From contig JANQHR010000102.1 in assembly GCA_028282585.1 (NCBI GenBank), positions 32,001 to 96,000 on the forward strand: a DNA stretch of 64,000 bases, read 5' to 3'. Under the pieces are notes generated by a model, which made no database searches, was not told the DNA's origin, and saw only the letters and a program-made list of their open reading frames with translations. The stretch is from Bacteroidales bacterium (GTDB lineage: Bacteria > Bacteroidota > Bacteroidia > Bacteroidales > UBA12077). This document shows positions 57,101-64,000 of this stretch, in pieces (positions within the stretch are counted from its first letter, which is position 1; each line of letters opens with the position of its first letter). The position numbers and the translations under genes were made by a program.

Positions 57101-59814
57101 GTATCCGTTTAGCCAGCTTCATGGGAACTTTTGGTTCAGGTATTATCACTTATAATATAAATACAGGTGCAATAAATGAATACGAATATACGGCCGGAAT
57201 TTCATACGACTCATCACCATTGGCCATTGAACCTATGTTTGGCGATACCATATTTGTGAAAAAAGACCTGGGTTATGTGGCATTCAACACAAAAGATAAT
57301 ACGTTTGGAACGGATAAATATTTCGAGATACCATCTTATTATACACAGGATTTAGAACATATAGGAAAAGGCTCGACCTACAATCCTGAAGATGGTAAAT
57401 TCTATATTGCTTATGCTTATTGGCACGGCACGGGTGTTGGTCAGATTTATAATAGTGCCTCAGATAGTATAGGTTCGTTTGAAGGTGTTGGCGCATCGCC
57501 TGAAGTAGCAAAGATTGCAGATATTTATGAAGGTAATAACAACCCTACTGCAAGTGGAGAATTAGCTGAAAATGTAAAGTTTGAGGAGCAAACGGAAATT
57601 ATATTGGGACCAAACATCTTTGAGGATAGTGAAGATATTGAACCCACTATTTACTTGTACAACCCGGTAGAATATGAGTGGTTAAGTTATGATATCGATA
57701 GTCGCACCTTGACGGCCAACTTACAGGATTTTACACCAGTTGAAACAGAGGTTGATATAATTTTGCAAGCCTTTGACTCACAGGGAGCATTTGTGACGGA
57801 AACTCTTACTCTTTATTTTGTAGAGGATCAGGCTCCGGTAGTATTAAATGCTATTGAAGATGTTGTGGTATTAGAAGATGCAGATGATTACAGCATCTCA
57901 TTAGAAAATGTTTTTACCGATGTTGATAATGAAGATACAGCCATAACTAAATCAATCGTAAGCAATTCGAATAATGCTATTGTTTTGGCAGACATTTCAG
58001 GTAATGAATTAACCTTATCTTTTATTGCCGATGCATTCGGTAAAGCCGAAATTGTGACTGAAGCTTTATCTAACGGATTGACAATTACCGACACATTTGT
58101 TGTAACTGTATCTGCTTTTGATGATGCACCAATGGTTGCCAATCCAATAGCGGATGTTACTGCAAGATATGAAGATCCTGATAAAGTGATAGATATTAGC
58201 AATGTATTTACTGATGTTGATGATGAAACCATAAGTGTTTCCATATTGTCGAACTCAAATCAGGAATATGCTGCGGCTAGTTTATCAGGTTCAGAATTAA
58301 CGATCAACTTTATTACAGAGGGAGCAACAACTTTAATTATAGAAGGCAGTTCAAACGATAAATCAGCTTACGATACCGTAGTTGTTAATGTCGTTAGTGA
58401 ACTAGCCCCTGTGGTTAATAATCCAATAGCGGATATTACTGCCAATGAAGATGACATCATTGCCGGAATTGATATCGAATTGGTATTTGACGACCCGGAC
58501 AGCGACAATGCCAGTATCACAAAAGCCGTTAAAACCATTTCGAACAGTAGCTTACTAAGTGCAAGTATTGATGGAAATAGTCTATCAATTAGTCTGTTTG
58601 AAAATCAGTTCGGAACATCAGAAGTAGTTATTGAAGCAACTTCGAATGGACTAACCGTTACCGATACATTCATGGTAACCGTAAATGCGGTTGATGATGC
58701 ACCAGTGGTTGCTAATCCGATAACAGAGTTTAATGCTGACGAAGACGAAACCATTGCTGCAATTGATATTTCTACTGTGTTTGATGACATAGACAACGAT
58801 AATGCTGCCATAACAAAAACTGTTCAGTCTGTTTCGAACAGAAGCTTGCTAAGTGCAAGTATTGATGGAAATAGTTTATCAATTAGTCTGTTTGAAAATC
58901 AGTTCGGAACATCAGAAGTGGTTATTGAAGCAACTTCGAATGGACTAAGCGTTACCGATACATTTACGATAACCGTAAATGCGGTTGATGATGCACCAGT
59001 GGTAACCAATCCAATAGCTGATATATCAGCAAAAGATAATGCTCGTGACCAGGTTGTTGATATAAGCAATTTATTTACCGATGTTGATGATGAAACAGTG
59101 ACTGTTTCTGTATTGTCGAACTCTAACCCAGAGTTTGCTGCGGCAACATTATCAGGTACTGAATTGACCATCGACTTTATTAAAGAAGGAACCACAACTT
59201 TAATCATCGAAGGAAGTTCTAATAGTAAATCGGTTAATGACATAGTATTAGTTACCGTGGTTGCCGACCAGGCTCCTGAAGTAGCAAACCCAATTGCTGA
59301 TATTTCAGTTATAGAGAACGCTGCCGACTCAGTTATCTCATTGGTAAATGTATTTACGGATGCCGACGACGACGATGGCGCCATAACCAAAACAGTGGTA
59401 AGCAATTCGAACGATGCCATTGTTACGGCAGGTATTACAGGTAATGAATTAACCTTATCATTTGTCGCCGAAGCTACAGGGGAAGCCGAAATTACAGTTG
59501 AAGGAATATCAAACGGCAAATCAGTGGCAGAGACTTTCACCGTAACCATTAATCCTGCAACAGGTATGGAAGAGGTTTCTTTTACTGATATAGTACTTTA
59601 TCCGAATCCGTCAAACGGTATCTTCAGGGTAAATACAAACTTAAGTGAATCATGTGAAGTTCGTATTTTTAATATGAATGGAAATATGGTTTATGCTGAA
59701 AATAATTATACTGGCAACAAGGAGATTGATATTAGTAATCAACCTTCTGGTCAGTATATATTAACCATAAAACATGGAAACAGCATTCAAACGTTATCCA
59801 TAATTAAAAAATAG
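54160..59814 (+). CDS. Large T9SS-secreted multidomain protein: APGQF (BtuH-like) domain, Ig-like domains, BtuG/YncE-like beta-propeller, six Ig/cadherin-like repeats, CTD
   Basis: Signal peptide ending in Q; YLPAPGQFVN...SLGGFGGY...DENGNGLPDDTWYELAG; VFVNGGQF...VQDMLVDGNYAFV; repeated APVVxNPIAD; C-terminal LYPNPSNG...GQYIL..IIKK. Confidence 0.8.
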   Translation: MKQIYSFLLVFAGLFLLGFNSYSQEFTHKEDLNLERIRSSSDYRKTVKFADLFTFPAEVDVKSEISTNADITINFSSTNESNILFDGYYYSIWGGQYFYCRIPANSYGKDTLTITITYNGIEAISKVVVEIDPIECKDDAYDLDIGDTLEVAVTSNDNPKTFFDYTSFEIIQNATSGTHQITGDGTIEYINSESTPNYTNDTIIYRIADTDSNYDTAMVVMSIHKGSYVTKVFDYLPAPGQFVNKSWADPVAGEKVIGNTSGGASLGGFGGYIIVGFDQAIVNRNNNAYGVDFTVKGNAFGGWAEPAAVQVMKDENGNGLPDDTWYELAGSEYYFNTSVKNLTMTYYNPKYNTRATIPYSTNKGINGAMRTNSFHNQPYYPDPYGFEISKDSVSFTGTLTKFLLDKSRSGFVTAKRLPRFGYADNKPNGSNSTIPNNPYTDTKGNGFDLEWAVDAEGNYVDLDTVHFVKVYSTVQEDGGWLGEVSPEIFEIGITTPDPSYVPEDYYIHSIGAGQLQVLKGTSFQYEGILFKNGIPQEGNSTWSTTVDSVGAIDNTGLFTANKLGTTTLRFHIDPAVQKDSITIEVVDLQSVYLELEGNTNSPDSTTVTKGSSLYINAQGEDNRTSPFNNFVYESYNWTSTNPEIGTITNGLFYANQTGTTSIIATSVHHPDLADTMVVEVLPIPALENVSDTIEIAYEQREGSFSNTDLFSIEGGATIFMESLENANNSLMLSLDQNELNYELALGAFGYFPVTFTLEAYNETQEKTIVFKAAEPQTQNSLVFVNGGQFMDLNHPTMLIQYNSSTNKTDTVDNYIAGATSVQDMLVDGNYAFVSADYYITRYDLDEGFATDSIYTQDVSPTEADGTGTEGAGVNHKMAIYNNLLLVTRQFSSAAPQDGYNVRIYNKGDLSLVKKIAVSDQATDVVVAGETAYVMINGGFAGTTSSLAVIDLKTLTLNREIDLGEDGLGVMQMIVKDSLIYGIRLASFMGTFGSGIITYNINTGAINEYEYTAGISYDSSPLAIEPMFGDTIFVKKDLGYVAFNTKDNTFGTDKYFEIPSYYTQDLEHIGKGSTYNPEDGKFYIAYAYWHGTGVGQIYNSASDSIGSFEGVGASPEVAKIADIYEGNNNPTASGELAENVKFEEQTEIILGPNIFEDSEDIEPTIYLYNPVEYEWLSYDIDSRTLTANLQDFTPVETEVDIILQAFDSQGAFVTETLTLYFVEDQAPVVLNAIEDVVVLEDADDYSISLENVFTDVDNEDTAITKSIVSNSNNAIVLADISGNELTLSFIADAFGKAEIVTEALSNGLTITDTFVVTVSAFDDAPMVANPIADVTARYEDPDKVIDISNVFTDVDDETISVSILSNSNQEYAAASLSGSELTINFITEGATTLIIEGSSNDKSAYDTVVVNVVSELAPVVNNPIADITANEDDIIAGIDIELVFDDPDSDNASITKAVKTISNSSLLSASIDGNSLSISLFENQFGTSEVVIEATSNGLTVTDTFMVTVNAVDDAPVVANPITEFNADEDETIAAIDISTVFDDIDNDNAAITKTVQSVSNRSLLSASIDGNSLSISLFENQFGTSEVVIEATSNGLSVTDTFTITVNAVDDAPVVTNPIADISAKDNARDQVVDISNLFTDVDDETVTVSVLSNSNPEFAAATLSGTELTIDFIKEGTTTLIIEGSSNSKSVNDIVLVTVVADQAPEVANPIADISVIENAADSVISLVNVFTDADDDDGAITKTVVSNSNDAIVTAGITGNELTLSFVAEATGEAEITVEGISNGKSVAETFTVTINPATGMEEVSFTDIVLYPNPSNGIFRVNTNLSESCEVRIFNMNGNMVYAENNYTGNKEIDISNQPSGQYILTIKHGNSIQTLSIIKK
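57826..59553 (+). repeat. Six intragenic repeats of about 95 aa each
   Basis: Units begin DQAPVV, DDAPMV, ELAPVV, DDAPVV, DDAPVV and DQAPEV; 58538-58709 and 58832-59003 are near-identical in DNA (offset 294 nt). Confidence 0.9.
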
Positions 59815-59859
59815 TATTAATGAAGGAGCGGAAAGCCGCTCCCTTCTTAAACTTTTATT

Positions 59860-62316
59860 ATGTCGAAAAGAATTCTCTATATATGTGTAATGCTTGTATG
59901 CATGAAACCGCTACAAGCGCAATTTATTTCAGAAATAATTGAGTATAAACCTGCACCCGGACAGTTTATTAATACTTCTGCCTGGGGAATGCCTTCGTCG
60001 GCGCAAAGTTTAGTTGGAAGTATGAGCGGAGCTTTAAGCCTTGGAGCTTTTGGAGGATATGTTGTATTCAAATTCGACAATCCGGTTGAAAACCATACCG
60101 ACAATCCTTATGGGATGGATTTTGTGATTTATGGCAATCCTTTAAAAAATCTGTCTACTCCAAATTTAAATAACAATGTAACCTGGGCTGAACCGGGCAT
60201 TGTTTCCGTTATGAAAGATGAGAATGAAAACGGATTGCCTGATGATACCTGGTACGAACTGGCCGGCTGCGATTATTTCTTTTCGACAACCCAAAAAAAT
60301 TACGAAGTAACTTATACTAACCCGGGCGGCACTACTGCCACTGATGTTCCATGGACCGACAATCAGAGTGATTCGGGTTTTGTATTTGCCAACTCTTTCC
60401 ATTCACAGGCTTATTATCCATTGCCTGAGAATTTCTCTAATGTAGATACTTCCCAATATACATTAAGAGGAACACGCATCAAAGATTTTGTTGACCGAAC
60501 CAACCCAAGTTACATAACCGCAGCAGGTCGTCTGTGGGGTTACGTTGATAACAATTTAAGAAATACATACAACGGGTATCCCGATAATCCCTACACCGAT
60601 AATGTGGAAGAAGGCTCAGGAGGTGATGCTTTTGACATTAGTTGGGCAGTGGATGCTGACGGAAATTATGTTGACCTTAATGAAATTAATTTTGTTAAAG
60701 TCCATAATGCTACTTTAGCTGATGCAGGATGGTTGGGTGAAGTCTCCACCGAAATCACAGGAGCTTTCGATGTAGCACCTGATGCAAGCTATTCGGAATG
60801 GGATTCAACATCATTGGTGCTAAATAATATACCTATTCTTGTAAGTGTTGGCGCAAACTATCAACTGGAAGCTGCCTTTTTTGTAAAAGGACGAAAAATT
60901 AATATAGACAACATAGAATGGGCAGCAACGCCCGAATCAAAAGTATCCATTGATGAAAATAACTTATTAGCAACTGTCGATACCGGAAATGTAACTATTA
61001 CTGCCAGTTGCACTTACGCGGGAAATACGTATTCAACCTCAATGATTACGACCATTATTGCACCTGCTGCTATAGAAATTGTTTTTGACCAAACTGAAAT
61101 TCAGGTAGGGCAAAAATATTTAATAAAAGCTGTTGTAAAGGACCAAAATGAAGGGGAACTTTCAGGATTAACCAATGTATGGGAACCATCTAATGATAAT
61201 GTACAGGTAATAGAAGAAAATGACAGTTCATACCTTGCAGGAGTAAAAACCGGCACATCCACTATTTATGTTTATCCGGCAGGTTACCCCGACATTCGCG
61301 ACTCAATTGAGGTAACGATTCTGGAAGCAGCTGATTCAATTGCTGCTTTCTTAACAATTAAAACCAACACGCATACATTTGTTCCTAAAACCAAAATTGA
61401 ACTAAGTAATTTTGAACTCACCCCGTTTATTTCAGAATCAAACCATAATTACGGCCTTAGTGATGTTCCAAATGTTACGGCTGCACACGCTGTGGCTTCG
61501 ATATTTGAGAATGTTTCGTTCGAAAGCGACCTGCGTTTCAAAGACACAGAGGAAAATGGACTTTACCTATACAAACTACCGGTAAGTTCCGGTTCGCAAA
61601 TAAAATACTATTACGGTTATGGTAATAGTGATGTTGATAAAAGCTGTTGGATGATAAATATTGGGGATAATACCTATTTCAATAATCTTGAAGATGTGGT
61701 GCTTTTCGAAAACGATAATTTAGTTGCCTACTATGTAGAGGATATAACTGCTAACTGGAACCTTTACAATTTAACCGGTTCGGAAACAGCAATTAATGTG
61801 GGTGCATCGATTGATATAACTCTTATGCAGGAAACCTTTTATCTGTATAGTGAGACAACCGTTATAAACGAAGGAATTTCTCCGGCAGCAAACATAGCAG
61901 TATATATTAACGGAGAAGTTTTAATGGAAGGAGGTGACACCATTAAAACAAATAACGAGGGAAAAGCAACACTAATTTTCAACGAGCCGAGCTCTTATAC
62001 CATAGCAGCTGCAACAGAACAAATCAATTTAGTTGTAAACAATAGTACTGATATTCAGGAAAAAACTACAAAGGATTTTACTGTTTATCCTAATCCGGCA
62101 AATGAGAGATTCTCAATCGCTTTTCCATTCTCAAAAAATGAAATCATAGATTTAAAAATCTTCTCAGCAACAGGCCGCTTGGTTTATCAGAATAAATACC
62201 ATAGTTCGAATTCACTGATAAATATAAATACAACAAGCTGGAGTAACGGGTTATATATTATACAAATTGAATCATATTCCGGAAGAGTTGTAAAAAAAAT
62301 GATGATTAACCATTAA
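59860..62316 (+). CDS. T9SS-secreted protein: APGQF (BtuH-like) domain, two Ig-like domains, possible DUF4430/transcobalamin-like domain, CTD
   Basis: Signal peptide LQA-Q; YKPAPGQFIN...SLGAFGGY...DENENGLPDDTWYELAG...GWLGEVSTEI; C-terminal VYPNPA...GLYII. Confidence 0.8.
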   Translation: MSKRILYICVMLVCMKPLQAQFISEIIEYKPAPGQFINTSAWGMPSSAQSLVGSMSGALSLGAFGGYVVFKFDNPVENHTDNPYGMDFVIYGNPLKNLSTPNLNNNVTWAEPGIVSVMKDENENGLPDDTWYELAGCDYFFSTTQKNYEVTYTNPGGTTATDVPWTDNQSDSGFVFANSFHSQAYYPLPENFSNVDTSQYTLRGTRIKDFVDRTNPSYITAAGRLWGYVDNNLRNTYNGYPDNPYTDNVEEGSGGDAFDISWAVDADGNYVDLNEINFVKVHNATLADAGWLGEVSTEITGAFDVAPDASYSEWDSTSLVLNNIPILVSVGANYQLEAAFFVKGRKINIDNIEWAATPESKVSIDENNLLATVDTGNVTITASCTYAGNTYSTSMITTIIAPAAIEIVFDQTEIQVGQKYLIKAVVKDQNEGELSGLTNVWEPSNDNVQVIEENDSSYLAGVKTGTSTIYVYPAGYPDIRDSIEVTILEAADSIAAFLTIKTNTHTFVPKTKIELSNFELTPFISESNHNYGLSDVPNVTAAHAVASIFENVSFESDLRFKDTEENGLYLYKLPVSSGSQIKYYYGYGNSDVDKSCWMINIGDNTYFNNLEDVVLFENDNLVAYYVEDITANWNLYNLTGSETAINVGASIDITLMQETFYLYSETTVINEGISPAANIAVYINGEVLMEGGDTIKTNNEGKATLIFNEPSSYTIAAATEQINLVVNNSTDIQEKTTKDFTVYPNPANERFSIAFPFSKNEIIDLKIFSATGRLVYQNKYHSSNSLININTTSWSNGLYIIQIESYSGRVVKKMMINH

Positions 62317-62322
62317 GAAATC

Positions 62323-64000
62323 ATGAAATATAAAATTACTCTCATTTTGCTTTTTATTAGCGTTAAACTCTTTTCTCAGGCAGTAATTGATACCATAGCA
62401 ATTGAAGAAGTAACCATTTCAGCCAAAAGGATATTTAAGAAGGAATATGCAGGCCAAAAAATATCCAAGGTAGATTCTGTTGTATTGTTAGATAAATTCA
62501 ACCAGAATCTTTCTGATGTATTATCGGAAAATACTTCGGTATACATTAAAGAGCATGGACGAGGTGCATTAGCAACTGCATCGTTTAGAGGAACAGCAGC
62601 AACACATACTCAAGTTTTATGGAATGGAATGAATATTAACTCCCCCATGTTGGGAATGGTAGATTTTTCGTTGATCCCTGTGTATATTATTGACGATTTA
62701 AGCTTAAACCATGGGGGTAGTTCCATTAAAGAACAAAGCGGAGGTTTAGGTGGAAGCGTAAACATCAACAATAAGGTTGACTGGAACAACCGTTTTAGCG
62801 GCCGGTATTACCAGGGAGTTGGAAGTTACTCAAGCTTCGATGAGTTTGGGCAGGTTAACATTGGCAATAAAAAAATTCAATCCAAAACTCGCGTATATTC
62901 TAACAAATCAAAAAATGATTACTCTTTTATAAATAAATCAATTACCGAACGCCCCAAAGTTAAAAATGAGAATGCTGATTATTCAAAATATGGATTTGCC
63001 CAAGAAATCTATTTCAGGACAAACGAATATAATTACATTTCTCTTAAAACATGGGGACAACTTGCTCAACGGTCACTACCAACAGTCCAAAGTTACGAAG
63101 GTTCTGATCATGCCAATTTAAACTCACAAGACGATAATACATTTAAGGCTGTTGCCGAATGGAAACATTACAGAAGCGAAAGTAAACTTCATATTAGTTC
63201 TGGTTATGACTACCAATCTCTTGATTATATATTGGAAAATGAGGTAAATGGTATAGGAAAAGTGCCTGCAATTTATTCTGAAAGTATCATGCAAAGTATC
63301 CATGGTAATGCAAAATATGGTTATGACTTTACTGAGAATTTCCAATTTAATTTATCGCTTAATTATAAACATTACAATGTTAACACCAAAGATTCGGTAC
63401 TAAAAACCGGGTATGATGTTATACGAGATGACTTTTCTGTATTTGGAGGATTCTACTTAAACGTTTTTAAGAAATTTAATATCTCTTTAATGCTTCGTGA
63501 TGATATTATAGATTTTAATTTATCACCTTTAATATTTAACCTGGGTGTTAGTTACAAACCTTTTTTAAATACTGATTTAGTGATTAAAGGTAGCTTTGCC
63601 CGAAATTACCACCATCCTACCCTTAATGACTTATATTGGCAACCTGGCGGTAATCCTGAACTAAAAGCAGAAGAAGGATATACTGAAGATATGACTATTA
63701 CGTATGCTTTAAGTAATAGTAGAATTCAAGTGAGCAGTGAATTAACGGGCTTTTATTCCGACATAAACAACTGGATTATTTGGCTACCCAGTTTCAAAGG
63801 ATACTGGGAACCATTTAATATTAAAAGAGTGAAATCTTATGGTTTGGAATATAACCTTAAAGTAACAAGCTACATTCAAAAGTTAAATATTCAATTACAA
63901 GGAAATTACGGCCTTACAAAATCATTAAACTATGGCGATCCTTTAACATGGGGTGATGAATCGTATAAAAAGCAACTACCATTTATTCCCGTGCATTCCG
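62323..64000 (+). CDS. btuB: BtuB-like TonB-dependent cobalamin receptor (truncated by the window end; not in the ORF track)
   Basis: ATG at 62323; MKYKITL...SVYIKEHGRGALATASFRGTAATHTQVLWNGMNINSPMLGMVDFSLIP and later RNYHHPTLNDLYWQPGGNPEL; lies in a B12-riboswitch operon. Confidence 0.82.
   Translation, partial: MKYKITLILLFISVKLFSQAVIDTIAIEEVTISAKRIFKKEYAGQKISKVDSVVLLDKFNQNLSDVLSENTSVYIKEHGRGALATASFRGTAATHTQVLWNGMNINSPMLGMVDFSLIPVYIIDDLSLNHGGSSIKEQSGGLGGSVNINNKVDWNNRFSGRYYQGVGSYSSFDEFGQVNIGNKKIQSKTRVYSNKSKNDYSFINKSITERPKVKNENADYSKYGFAQEIYFRTNEYNYISLKTWGQLAQRSLPTVQSYEGSDHANLNSQDDNTFKAVAEWKHYRSESKLHISSGYDYQSLDYILENEVNGIGKVPAIYSESIMQSIHGNAKYGYDFTENFQFNLSLNYKHYNVNTKDSVLKTGYDVIRDDFSVFGGFYLNVFKKFNISLMLRDDIIDFNLSPLIFNLGVSYKPFLNTDLVIKGSFARNYHHPTLNDLYWQPGGNPELKAEEGYTEDMTITYALSNSRIQVSSELTGFYSDINNWIIWLPSFKGYWEPFNIKRVKSYGLEYNLKVTSYIQKLNIQLQGNYGLTKSLNYGDPLTWGDESYKKQLPFIPVHS

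Noticed and set aside
57888-59549. Minus-strand ORFs of 118, 68 and 216 aa
   Set aside because: They are antisense shadows of the repetitive Asp/Val/Thr-rich stalk.

Overview
An AT-rich Bacteroidota chromosomal window (Bacteroidales/Marinilabiliales-like), judged from SusC/SusD pairs, T9SS cargo, PorD, a short Bacteroidota-type primary sigma factor and TAnnTTTG promoters. Positions 1-50400 are mostly housekeeping and amino-acid catabolism: feoB, arcC/arcB, ftsK-lolA, cysCDN, ftcd-hutI, fabI, recN, porD-coaBC-rpoZ-bamD, a SulA/CapB-like sulfonolipid enzyme, trxB, tRNA-Pro, uvrB, rpoD, degP and dapF. An accessory block at 16.5-27.8 kb holds two SusCD pairs with near-identical leaders and N-termini, a decayed IS110 with a structured leader, a decayed second copy of the cysN 5' end, and stacked palindromic repeats. 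The most notable region is 50.4-64 kb, where two back-to-back cobalamin riboswitches head divergent gene sets. Leftward lie a YidE/YbjL transporter, a Cys-rich CWC protein and a PAS protein. Rightward lie a DUF6580 S-component-like protein, two T9SS-secreted multidomain proteins that appear to carry several B12-capture modules on Ig-like stalks, and a BtuB-like TonB receptor that runs off the window. All family assignments come from motif recognition by eye; no searches were run.
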